DNA of 10,217 bases. It comes from Candidatus Zixiibacteriota bacterium. Lineage in GTDB: Bacteria; Zixibacteria; MSB-5A5; UBA10806; 4484-95. This document shows, one piece after another, positions 1-8,033 of the stretch. The translations under genes and the position numbers were made by a program. The notes under the pieces were generated by a model, which had not been told where the DNA came from, did not search any database, and saw only the letters and a program-made list of their open reading frames with translations. Each line of letters opens with the position of its first letter. Position 1 is the first letter of the stretch. Location: NCBI GenBank assembly GCA_029932605.1, contig JAOZPT010000034.1, positions 1-10,217 of the forward strand. Direction: 5' to 3'.

Positions 1-21
1 TAAAATTAAAGTGGAGGTACT

Positions 22-1482
22 TTGGAAGAAAAACCTGATTACCTGAAACATCGTCTGGAAAAATTGCAGGCTCTGCGAAACAAGGGCATAAATCCCTATC
101 CCTACAGGTTTGATAAGACGCACAGCTCTACTGATATAATAAATTGCTTTGAGAACCTTTCAGTTGAGGGTACAAAGGTCAAGTTTGCTGGAAGGATATT
201 AAGCATCCGCGGACATGGTAAGACGATGTTTGCCCATCTGGGGGATTACTCAGGGAAATTGCAGATATATGCCCGGAAAGATGACCTTGGCGATAAATGG
301 GAGTTTTTTAAGTTAATCGATATTGGAGATTTCATAGGTGTTGAGGGTGAGGTTTTCAAAACTAAAACAGGTGAGGTAACGATCAGAGTTGAATCTGCGC
401 TTATGTTGGCAAAATCTCTTCGGCCACTACCTGAGAAATGGCATGGGCTTCAGGATAAAGAACTTCGCTATCGTCGCCGTTATCTTGATTTAATCGCCAA
501 CCCTGAGTTAAAGGAGCTTTTTATCAAACGATCGCAAATAATAAAAGAGTTACGCAACTTTCTGGATGAACGTGGCTTTATCGAGGTTGAGACGCCGGTA
601 TTGCAACCGATTTACGGTGGTGCCGCCGCTCGCCCATTTGTAACACATCATAATACCCTGGATATTGACATGTATCTGAGGATTGCCGATGAGCTTTATT
701 TAAAAAGGTTGATCATAGGTGGTTTCGAGAAGGTTTACGAGATAGCCAAGGATTTCCGCAACGAGGGAATGGATAAACTTCACAATCCGGAATTCACCAT
801 GCTTGAGTTTTACTGGGTTTATGCCGATTACAACGACCTGATGGATTTGCTGGAGGAGATGTTTGGCCAATTAGTTGAAGCTGTATCCGGTTCTGTCCGG
901 ATACCTTACGGTGAACACACTATCGATTTCAGTAGGCCGTTTATAAGGGTGCCTTATTTTAAGAGCATTGCAGAGGCCTGTGGTCATGATATAATCGGTC
1001 TCGATGAAAGCGAGCTTTTGAAGCTGGCAGAAAAACTCGGTCTGGATACCGAAGGACTTATAAACAAAGGCGATTATTATGAGGCTTTTTTTGACCACTA
1101 TGTGGAGCCCCATCTTATACAACCGACATTTCTTGTTGATTTCCCGATAGAACTATCACCTTTAGCCAAGGTTCACCGCGATGACCCGCGTTTGGCCGAG
1201 AGGTTTGAGCTTTTCGTAGCCGGTATTGAGTTTGGAAATGCTTTTACCGAGTTGAACGATCCTCATGACCAGCGTCGACGGATGGAACAGCAAGCAACTT
1301 TAGTCAAGCGAGGCCACCAGGAGGCTCATCCAGTGGATGAGGATTTTATCTTTGCTTTAGAACACGGTATGCCGCCTACGGCTGGTTACGGACTTGGAAT
1401 CGACCGTCTGGTAATGCTTTTGACCAATATGCCATCCATTCGCGATGTTATATTTTTCCCCACCTTGAAACCCGAGGATTAG
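22..1482 (+). CDS. lysS: Lysine--tRNA ligase, class II (LysRS2)
   Basis: 486-aa ORF. N-terminal OB-fold anticodon-binding domain (AGRI..IRGHGK, DIGDFIGVEG), LRPLPEKWHGL, RYRRRYLDLI, motif 1 region FIEVETPVL, GGAAARPF, motif 2 FRNEGMDKLHNPEFTMLEFY, motif 3 GMPPTAGYGLGIDRLVMLLT, IRDVIFFP. TTG start preceded by GGAGG at 13-17. Confidence 0.98.
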   Translation: MEEKPDYLKHRLEKLQALRNKGINPYPYRFDKTHSSTDIINCFENLSVEGTKVKFAGRILSIRGHGKTMFAHLGDYSGKLQIYARKDDLGDKWEFFKLIDIGDFIGVEGEVFKTKTGEVTIRVESALMLAKSLRPLPEKWHGLQDKELRYRRRYLDLIANPELKELFIKRSQIIKELRNFLDERGFIEVETPVLQPIYGGAAARPFVTHHNTLDIDMYLRIADELYLKRLIIGGFEKVYEIAKDFRNEGMDKLHNPEFTMLEFYWVYADYNDLMDLLEEMFGQLVEAVSGSVRIPYGEHTIDFSRPFIRVPYFKSIAEACGHDIIGLDESELLKLAEKLGLDTEGLINKGDYYEAFFDHYVEPHLIQPTFLVDFPIELSPLAKVHRDDPRLAERFELFVAGIEFGNAFTELNDPHDQRRRMEQQATLVKRGHQEAHPVDEDFIFALEHGMPPTAGYGLGIDRLVMLLTNMPSIRDVIFFPTLKPED

Positions 1483-1491
1483 GTCGGGCTG

Positions 1492-2721
1492 ATGTCTTTA
1501 GAATTTGATATCGCCAAAAGATATATGAGTTCCAGACATCGCTATGGTATTGTCTCGGTCATTACCTTTATCTCCATCGGTGGTGTGATAATCGGAACCG
1601 CCGCTTTGGTGGTAGTCCTTTCCGTTATGAACGGCTTTGAATCGGAGGTTCGGTCAAGGATAGTGGGGACAGGCTCGGATATCATGATAAGTCATATCAC
1701 CGGTGATGGGATCGAAGATTGGCAGGAATTGATGGAAAAGATAAGAGGAGTTGAGGGTGTAACAGCTGTTTCTCCGATTATCCAGAGTAAATGTGCCATA
1801 GCCAGCCGGTTTACCTCTGATGGTGTTGTAGTAAGGGGGATAATACCTGAACTTGAATCGGAGGTTGGCCAGATAGACGAATACCTGTTGACAGATGGTA
1901 TGAGTTTTGAGACGATTGATTCAACAGCTGTGGGTATATGGCTGGGGGTTAACCTGGCGGATATTCTTGGCGTTGGGTTAAATGACAAAGTAAAACTGTT
2001 CTCGCTTAAGGAGGCGGTCGGCAGTCTCACCGGATTTGTTCCCAAAGCCATGTCCTGTCGTATTGTTGGTGTATTTGAGACCGGTATGTATGAATACGAT
2101 GCAAGTCTTGCCTATGTCTCTTTAGAGGCAGCTCAAAGGCTTTTCAATCTCGATAACACGGTAACCAATATTACTGTAAAAACAAGGGACTTCTACAAAG
2201 CTGATGAAGTTTCTAAAAAAATAGACAGTGTTATCGGGTATCGATATTACTCTCGCGACTGGAAGGTTATGAACAAAAATATATTCTCGTGGATGACATT
2301 GGAGAAATGGGCAAGTTTCATAACCTTGTCTTTGATTATTGCTGTAGCCGCCTTTAATATAATCTCCTCCTTAATCATGATTGTTTTGGAGAAGAGAAAG
2401 GATATAGGCATTTTAATGTCTTTGGGGTTTTCCGGGAATAGAATCAGGAAGGTGTTTATCTATCAGGGGATAACAATAGGTAGTCTGGGCGGTGTTATCG
2501 GTTGTCTTTTAGGATTTGTTCTTTGCTATATTCAACTTAATTTTAAGATAATATCTTTACCAGAGGAGTACTATTTTATCAGCGCTCTACCGGTAAAGAT
2601 GCAGTTTGTTGATTTTTTAAGCGTGGCTTTTGCCGCTTTTATATTATCGTTTATAGCAACCATATATCCGGCTTCACGGGCAGCGAATTTAGATCCGGTT
2701 GAGGCTATCAGATACGAATAG
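1492..2721 (+). CDS. lolE: Lipoprotein-releasing ABC transporter permease, LolC/LolE family (single copy, LolF-like arrangement)
   Basis: 409 aa. N-terminal TM segment ISIGGVIIGTAALVVVLSVMNGF, a large periplasmic domain with GVFETGMYEYD, then AAFNIISSLIMIVLEKRKDIGILMSLG and C-terminal ATIYPASRAANLDPVEAIRYE. Lies directly upstream of a LolD-type ATPase. The lolC versus lolE assignment cannot be resolved from the sequence. Confidence 0.93.
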   Translation: MSLEFDIAKRYMSSRHRYGIVSVITFISIGGVIIGTAALVVVLSVMNGFESEVRSRIVGTGSDIMISHITGDGIEDWQELMEKIRGVEGVTAVSPIIQSKCAIASRFTSDGVVVRGIIPELESEVGQIDEYLLTDGMSFETIDSTAVGIWLGVNLADILGVGLNDKVKLFSLKEAVGSLTGFVPKAMSCRIVGVFETGMYEYDASLAYVSLEAAQRLFNLDNTVTNITVKTRDFYKADEVSKKIDSVIGYRYYSRDWKVMNKNIFSWMTLEKWASFITLSLIIAVAAFNIISSLIMIVLEKRKDIGILMSLGFSGNRIRKVFIYQGITIGSLGGVIGCLLGFVLCYIQLNFKIISLPEEYYFISALPVKMQFVDFLSVAFAAFILSFIATIYPASRAANLDPVEAIRYE

Positions 2722-2738
2722 GTAAACATTAAAAGAAG

Positions 2739-3434
2739 ATGAATGTTCAATCATATATCCTTTCTGCCGAAAATATAACAAAGAGTTATGTTTCGGGTGA
2801 GGGTAAACTTGAGGTTTTAAAAGGAGCCAGCCTGCAACTTAAGGCTGGTGAGATGGCGGTATTGTTGGGAGCCTCGGGTACAGGGAAATCCACCCTGCTT
2901 CACATTTTAAGCACTCTTGATAAGGCTGAATCGGGTCGTGTATTGTATCGAGGGGTTGATATCAGTAGATTGAGTCCGAAGGAGTTGGCAAGGTTTCGCA
3001 ACGAGAAGATAGGTTTTGTTTATCAGCTTCATTATCTTTTGCCGGAATTTAGTGCCCTTGAGAATGTGATGATGCCGGGTCTTATAGCTGACATTGACAG
3101 GAGACAAGCTAAAAAGATAGCAAAAAATTTGTTAATGGAGGTTGGTTTATCAGGTAGGGAATCTCACCGTCCTAACCAACTCTCGGGTGGAGAAGCTCAA
3201 CGTGTGGCTATTGCCAGGGCTTTGTTTAATAATCCCGAGGTTGTGTATGCTGATGAACCTACAGGGAACCTCGATACGAAGAACGGCGAGGCTTTAATAG
3301 AGCTTTTTAGAAGGTTAAATTTTAATTTGAAACAGACTTTTTTAATTGCTACTCACAATGAACGTCTGGCAAGTCAAATCAGGAGGAAGTTTTTTATTGA
3401 AAATGGGTCAATTAAAAGCCTTGCCTTTGGTTAA
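2739..3434 (+). CDS. lolD: Lipoprotein-releasing ABC transporter ATP-binding protein LolD
   Basis: 231 aa. Walker A GASGTGKS, RNEKIGFVYQ Q-loop, signature LSGGE, Walker B/D-loop YADEPTGNLD, H-loop ATHN. Adjacent to lolC/E. Confidence 0.93.
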   Translation: MNVQSYILSAENITKSYVSGEGKLEVLKGASLQLKAGEMAVLLGASGTGKSTLLHILSTLDKAESGRVLYRGVDISRLSPKELARFRNEKIGFVYQLHYLLPEFSALENVMMPGLIADIDRRQAKKIAKNLLMEVGLSGRESHRPNQLSGGEAQRVAIARALFNNPEVVYADEPTGNLDTKNGEALIELFRRLNFNLKQTFLIATHNERLASQIRRKFFIENGSIKSLAFG

Positions 3435-3439
3435 GGAAA

Positions 3440-3467
3440 TTGATTATGTTTGTAAGGAACATAATAT
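3440..3467 (+). promoter_or_regulatory. Candidate sigma70-type promoter for mcsA-mcsB-clpC, overlapped by a perfect inverted repeat (candidate operator)
   Basis: TTGATT (3440-3445)-N16-TAATAT (3462-3467); an alternative is TTGCCT (3421-3426)-N18-TATGTT (3445-3450). Perfect palindrome ATTATGTT (3443-3450)-N7-AACATAAT (3458-3465). The region is AT-rich, so promoter matches are weak evidence. Confidence 0.45.
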
Positions 3468-3502
3468 TTTTAAGGTTTGTTAAAAGGTATTAGAGGTGAA
3501 TG

Positions 3503-4033
3503 ATGTTATGTCAAGATTGTAATAAAAGGGAAGCTACGATACACCTGACTCAGATTATCAACAATGAGAAAGTTGTATTGAACCTTTGTAAAATATGCGC
3601 CGAGAAAAGGGGTTTTCATTCTCCGTTTGAGCAGATGCCGTTTCCCTTGGCCGAGTTGGTTTCAGGGATGGTCGGTTCCAATATATTAAAGAAACCCGAT
3701 AAGACCGGAAAAATTGATAAAAAGGATTTGAAATGCACTAATTGTGGTTTGACCTTTTCTGAGTTTGGCCGGATTGGGAGATTTGGTTGTGCTAATTGCT
3801 ACAATGTGTTTCGAGTTGAGCTCAATGACCTTTTGCGCCGGATACATGGTTCAGCAGAGCATCGCGGGCATGTGGCCGAAACCCCGACAGAAGAGCTCCA
3901 ACCATTGCGGGAAGAAAAACGGCTACGTGATAAGTTAAAGAAGGCGATTGAAACCGAGGATTTTGAAACAGCTGCGGAATTAAGGGACCGTATAAGGGAA
4001 TTATCACTAAAATCCAAAGAGGAAGGTAGTTGA
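3503..4033 (+). CDS. mcsA: McsA, activator of protein-arginine kinase McsB (four CxxC motifs plus C-terminal UVR domain)
   Basis: CQDC, CKIC, CTNC and CANC motifs; GRFGCANCY; RIHGS..H.G; C-terminal UVR coiled coil LKKAIETEDFETAAELRDRI. Directly upstream of mcsB. The second ATG (3503) is chosen over 3500 because of spacing from SD GAGGTG at 3493-3498. Confidence 0.95.
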   Translation: MLCQDCNKREATIHLTQIINNEKVVLNLCKICAEKRGFHSPFEQMPFPLAELVSGMVGSNILKKPDKTGKIDKKDLKCTNCGLTFSEFGRIGRFGCANCYNVFRVELNDLLRRIHGSAEHRGHVAETPTEELQPLREEKRLRDKLKKAIETEDFETAAELRDRIRELSLKSKEEGS

Positions 4034-5085
4034 TGTTTGAGTCAATGGCAAAAAAACCAGCATCATGGCTAACAGGTAAGGGGCCTGAATCGGAGATCGT
4101 GTTATCCTCAAGGATACGTTTTGCTCGTAATATTGCTGAATTTAAGTTTCCCCCCTCTGCCGATACTGATACACGAGAAAAAGTTATTGAATTTGTACGT
4201 TCTGCTTTCTCATCGATGGGTCTTCTCAAGCATGGGCATTTTTATAATTCAAACGAAATTAGCCCCTTAGACCAGAGTTTCTTGGTCGAGCGCCACCTTG
4301 TTTCGCCAGAATTTATGAAAAATGGCACTGGCGGAGGTCTATACATAGACGATTCCGAATGTCTTTCAATTATGGTCAATGAGGAAGACCATATCCGTTT
4401 GCAGTCGATCTCCTCGGGATTATCGATGAACGAATGCTGGGAATGTGCCTATAAAGTTGACCAGGAATTGGCACGCAAGCTTGAATACGCTTATGATGAC
4501 CAATTTGGTTACCTCACCTCATGTCCAACCAATGTTGGCACAGGTTTGCGGGCATCGATATTGATACATCTGCCGGGCTTGGTACTCACCAGAGAGATTG
4601 ATAATGTCATCTCCAGAATATCCAAGGTGGGACTCGTTGTAAGGGGTTTTTATGGTGAGGGAACAGATGTTCTGGGCAATCTTTTCCAGATTTCTAACCA
4701 GACGACTTTAGGACGCTCCGAGGAGGAGATAATCGATTCGTTATCAAAAGTGACTCAGCAGATTATTGAATATGAACTGAATTCCCAGGAGACTTTAATG
4801 AAAGATGCCTCTGACCAGATAGAGGACAAAATCTGGCGTTCATATGGAATTTTAAAACACGCCCGAGTGCTGGCTTCAGGTGAGGTGATGAATCTGCTTT
4901 CAGCCTTAAGGCTTGGGATTTGTTTAAAATTGTTCGATAAAGTTTCTCTTAATCAAATAAGTGAACTTTTAATTGTGACTCAGCCTGCCCATCTTCAGAA
5001 ATATTACGGGCGAGAAATGACCTCCGCAGAACGTGATATGGTGAGGGCAAGCCTTGTCAGGGAAAGTTTGCATGGTAAACAATAA
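4033..5085 (+). CDS. mcsB: Protein-arginine kinase McsB (ATP:guanido phosphotransferase family)
   Basis: LSSRIRFARN, catalytic NEEDH, GYLTSCPTNVGTGLRAS, VRGFYGEG, FQISNQTTLG, QPAHLQ and C-terminal RD..RA. ATG at 4033 overlaps the mcsA stop (TGATG), indicating translational coupling; the ORF track extends to TTG at 4030. Confidence 0.97.
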   Translation: MFESMAKKPASWLTGKGPESEIVLSSRIRFARNIAEFKFPPSADTDTREKVIEFVRSAFSSMGLLKHGHFYNSNEISPLDQSFLVERHLVSPEFMKNGTGGGLYIDDSECLSIMVNEEDHIRLQSISSGLSMNECWECAYKVDQELARKLEYAYDDQFGYLTSCPTNVGTGLRASILIHLPGLVLTREIDNVISRISKVGLVVRGFYGEGTDVLGNLFQISNQTTLGRSEEEIIDSLSKVTQQIIEYELNSQETLMKDASDQIEDKIWRSYGILKHARVLASGEVMNLLSALRLGICLKLFDKVSLNQISELLIVTQPAHLQKYYGREMTSAERDMVRASLVRESLHGKQ

Positions 5086-5107
5086 TTTGGAAATGGGGGA
5101 TTGATAT

Positions 5108-7573
5108 ATGAATGAAATGTTTACAGAGAGAGCCCGGAAAGCGATAGAGTATGCCCGGGATGAAGCGGCTAGGTTAAAACACGATTACATCGGCACTGAA
5201 CATTTGCTTTTAGGGTTGATTCGCTTGGGTAAAGGAACTGCTGTTGAAATACTGCAGAATATTGGTGTTGAATTAAACGAGCTGAAAAAGAGCGTGGAGG
5301 ACATCGTACAACCTTCAGGTGGTACAATGCAGATGGGGCAGTTACCTCTTACCGCACGAGCCAAGAAGACACTTGAGATATCAGGAAATGAGGCTCGGGC
5401 TATCCGTTCTAAAGATATCGATACCGAGCATATACTTTTGGCTTTATTGAAGGATGAAGAAGGGGTAGCTGCTCAGGTTTTATCGATGTATGATATCGAT
5501 TATAAAGAGGTTTATGAGGAACTGCGTAACATACAATCCGGTAAGCCCTCTTCATTTGGGAAAAAGCGGAGAAAATCTAAGACGCCGGCTTTGGACCATT
5601 TTGGGCGTGACCTCACGGAGCTTGCCCGGCGGGATAAGCTTGACCCAATCATCGGCCGTGAGGATGAAATTGAAAGGGTCAGCCAGATTCTCTCAAGGCG
5701 TAAAAAGAACAATCCTGTTTTGATAGGCGAACCCGGTGTCGGCAAGACCGCTATCGCCGAGGGCTTAGCCCAGAAAATCGTAGAGGGTAAAGTTCCCCAG
5801 ACACTCGAAGACAAGCGTATTGTGACTTTAGACATGGCCTCGCTTGTAGCTGGCACTAAATATCGTGGCCAGTTTGAAGAACGCCTTAAGGCGGTCATGA
5901 ACGAGATATTAAACTCTCAGGATGTTATCATTTTCATCGATGAGCTTCATACAATTGTAGGAGCTGGTGGGGCTGAGGGAAGCCTTGATGCCTCTAATAT
6001 ATTTAAGCCGGCTTTATCCCGGGGTGAACTTCAGTGTATCGGTGCCACCACTTTAAACGAATACCGTAAGTATATTGAAAAGGATGGTGCTCTTGAAAGG
6101 CGTTTCCAGACGGTGATGGTTAATCCACCCTCCACTGAGGATACGATTAAGATTTTGAAAGGGTTGCGTTCCCGATATGAAGAGCACCATAAGATTGTAA
6201 TTACTGATGAAGCAATTGAGGCAGCGGTCAAGCTCTCTGACCGTTATATATCGGGGAAGTTCCAACCTGATAAGGCCATTGATGTTGTGGATGAGACCGG
6301 TAGCAGAGCTCATCTTGACGCATTTACAAAACCGGATAGTTTCGGTCAGCTTGAGGATGAGATTGTCGATTTATCCAAACAAAAAGATACGGCTGTTAAA
6401 AACCAGGAATTTGAAAAGGCAGCTCAACTTCGCGATTCTCTTAAGTTCAAAAGGGAAAAACTTGAGCAGTTAAAGAAAGAGTGGGAAGAGAAAAGAGCTA
6501 ATCAGAAAGTTGAGATAAAAGCTGAGGATATCGCTGTGGTTATCTCCAAGATGACTGGTATTCCCTTGTTTAAACTTGAAGAGAAGGAATCTCAGAAACT
6601 GTTACGCATGGAGAAAGAACTTGCAAAGCGGATAATCGGGCAGGAAGAACCGATAGCGGCTATTGCAAAAGCTATCCGCCGCACTCGAGCTGGCCTCAAG
6701 GATCCCCGCAAGCCCATAGGTTCGTTCATCTTCTTAGGGCCTACTGGTGTTGGTAAGACAGAGCTTGCCAAGGTGTTGGCGGAGTTTCTATTTGAAGATG
6801 AAGAATCGCTGATAAGAATTGATATGTCTGAATATATGGAGAAGTTCGCTGTCTCACGGCTTATTGGTGCGCCTCCGGGGTATGTTGGATATGAAGAGGG
6901 GGGTCAGCTTACCGAGAAAGTCAGACGAAAACCGTATTCAGTAGTCCTTCTTGACGAGATAGAAAAGGCTCATCCAGAGGTTTTCAATATCCTTTTGCAG
7001 ATGCTTGACGAGGGCCAGCTTACAGACTCTTTTGGCCGCAAAGTCGATTTTAGAAATACGGTTGTAATTATGACCTCAAATATGGGTACCCGTCAAGCAA
7101 GGGTTGGTAAATCGCTTGGTTTTCAGAAAGATGATGCCAAAACTGATTATGAATCCATGAAAGGAAGAATCATGGAGGAACTGAAACGGACATTCAACCC
7201 CGAACTGTTAAATCGCATAGACGAGACAATTATATTTCATCCGTTGACTAAGGAACATATCCTTATGATAATTGATGTCCTTCTCGAAGATGTTGAGAAG
7301 CGACTCAAAGATAGAGGCGTATTGTTTAATCTTACGGATTCCGGCAGGGATTTCCTTGCAGATAAGGGTTTCGACCTTAATTTCGGTGCTCGTCCCTTAA
7401 AGCGTGCTATCCAGAGATACCTTGAGGACCCACTGGCCGAGGAGATATTAAAAGGTGATTATTCGGGTAGTTGCAAGGTTGAGATATATCATCAGGCCGA
7501 GGATGATAAACTGTCTTTTAAGATTGGACCATTAAATAGCCAGGAAGAATCCAAAACCGAAAAGGCAGTGTAA
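5108..7573 (+). CDS. clpC: ATP-dependent Clp protease ATP-binding subunit ClpC
   Basis: 821 aa. Double Clp-N repeat (HDYIGTEHLLLGL; IDTEHILLALL), NBD1 Walker A GEPGVGKT and Walker B IIFIDELH, pore loop GTKYRG, short UVR-like middle domain EFEKAAQLRD (ClpC-type, not the long ClpB M-domain), NBD2 GPTGVGKT, PPGYVGY, ClpP-docking loop SLGF, FGARPLKR. Follows mcsAB. Confidence 0.97.
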   Translation: MNEMFTERARKAIEYARDEAARLKHDYIGTEHLLLGLIRLGKGTAVEILQNIGVELNELKKSVEDIVQPSGGTMQMGQLPLTARAKKTLEISGNEARAIRSKDIDTEHILLALLKDEEGVAAQVLSMYDIDYKEVYEELRNIQSGKPSSFGKKRRKSKTPALDHFGRDLTELARRDKLDPIIGREDEIERVSQILSRRKKNNPVLIGEPGVGKTAIAEGLAQKIVEGKVPQTLEDKRIVTLDMASLVAGTKYRGQFEERLKAVMNEILNSQDVIIFIDELHTIVGAGGAEGSLDASNIFKPALSRGELQCIGATTLNEYRKYIEKDGALERRFQTVMVNPPSTEDTIKILKGLRSRYEEHHKIVITDEAIEAAVKLSDRYISGKFQPDKAIDVVDETGSRAHLDAFTKPDSFGQLEDEIVDLSKQKDTAVKNQEFEKAAQLRDSLKFKREKLEQLKKEWEEKRANQKVEIKAEDIAVVISKMTGIPLFKLEEKESQKLLRMEKELAKRIIGQEEPIAAIAKAIRRTRAGLKDPRKPIGSFIFLGPTGVGKTELAKVLAEFLFEDEESLIRIDMSEYMEKFAVSRLIGAPPGYVGYEEGGQLTEKVRRKPYSVVLLDEIEKAHPEVFNILLQMLDEGQLTDSFGRKVDFRNTVVIMTSNMGTRQARVGKSLGFQKDDAKTDYESMKGRIMEELKRTFNPELLNRIDETIIFHPLTKEHILMIIDVLLEDVEKRLKDRGVLFNLTDSGRDFLADKGFDLNFGARPLKRAIQRYLEDPLAEEILKGDYSGSCKVEIYHQAEDDKLSFKIGPLNSQEESKTEKAV

Positions 7574-7576
7574 CGT

Positions 7577-7703
7577 TATTTATAGTGGTATCAGATAGCT
7601 TAACCTGATGTAAAATATTAAAGTGGGTATCGTGTCGGAAAATAGATTCTTAGGCCTGTAAACTTATCGATAGCACGATATAACATAAAAATATTTAAAG
7701 TGG
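7577..7703. repeat. Degenerate direct repeats plus an inverted repeat in the clpC-rpmA intergenic region
   Basis: TATTTATAGTGG (7577-7588), TATTAAAGTGG (7616-7626), TATTTAAAGTGG (7692-7703); TATCAGATAGC (7589-7599) resembles TATCGATAGC (7665-7674); inverted pair TATCGTG (7628-7634)/CACGATA (7674-7680). Confidence 0.45.
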
Positions 7704-7713
7704 TTTTATTATC

Positions 7714-7742
7714 TTGACTTTTAAGATGAAATTATTGAAATT
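7714..7742 (+). promoter_or_regulatory. Possible sigma70 promoter for rpmA
   Basis: TTGACT at 7714-7719 (5/6 to the -35 consensus), preceded by an AT-rich tract. The hexamer at 17-bp spacing is only GAAATT (7737-7742), so the -10 is weak. SD-like AAAGGA lies at 7762-7767, upstream of the ATG at 7775. Confidence 0.4.
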
Positions 7743-7774
7743 ATATTTTGAATTTGTCAGGAAAGGAATGAGCG

Positions 7775-8026
7775 ATGGCACATAAGAAAGGTGTTGGTTC
7801 TTCAAGAAACGGTCGAGATTCTCATGGCCAGAGGCTGGGTGTGAAAGCTTATAGTGGTCAGCGAGTCACCGCTGGTTCTATTATCATAAGACAGAGAGGT
7901 ACTAGAATCCACCTTGGCGATAATGTCGGTATGGGCAAAGATAACACTATTTTTGCAACTGCTGACGGTGTGGTCAAATTTTACAGGTTTGGGCGTAACC
8001 GCAAAAAGGTTTCTGTAATCTCTTAA
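7775..8026 (+). CDS. rpmA: 50S ribosomal protein L27 (bL27)
   Basis: 83 aa starting [22 protein letters not shown], with [30 protein letters not shown]. Short form without the Prp-cleaved N-terminal extension. Confidence 0.98.
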   Translation: MAHKKGVGSSRNGRDSHGQRLGVKAYSGQRVTAGSIIIRQRGTRIHLGDNVGMGKDNTIFATADGVVKFYRFGRNRKKVSVIS

Positions 8027-8033
8027 GTTGAAC

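Noticed and set aside
22..1482. EpmA/PoxA (EF-P lysyl ligase) paralog
   Set aside because: The protein is full length with the N-terminal OB-fold anticodon-binding domain, which EpmA lacks.
3372..3412. CtsR-like heptads AGTCAAA (3372-3378) and GGTCAAT (3406-3412) upstream of mcsA
   Set aside because: They are 27 nt apart rather than the 3 nt of a CtsR direct repeat, lie inside the lolD coding sequence, and no ctsR gene is present in the window.
3435..3502. CIRCE (HrcA) element upstream of mcsA-clpC
   Set aside because: No TTAGCACTC-N9-GAGTGCTAA match; the palindrome present has a different sequence.
871..6473. Antisense or alternate-frame ORFs 871-1122, 1692-2051, 2907-3107, 3799-4017, 3822-4229, 5490-5723, 5512-5898, 6031-6231, 6053-6313 and 6207-6473
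   Set aside because: All lie within well-conserved + strand genes and show no recognisable motifs; they are typical shadow ORFs.
5108..7573. ClpB or ClpA identity for the AAA+ ATPase
   Set aside because: The short UVR-type middle domain, the LGF ClpP-binding loop and the position after mcsAB all indicate ClpC.
7577..7703. Mini or degenerate CRISPR array in the clpC-rpmA spacer
   Set aside because: The repeated motif is only about 9-12 nt and degenerate, the period (about 38 nt) is too short for repeat plus spacer, and there are no cas genes.
7574..7774. rplU (L21) or prp remnant, or a tRNA gene, upstream of rpmA
   Set aside because: No ORF in the track, no recognisable L21 motif, and no cloverleaf or T-loop GTTCGA signature.
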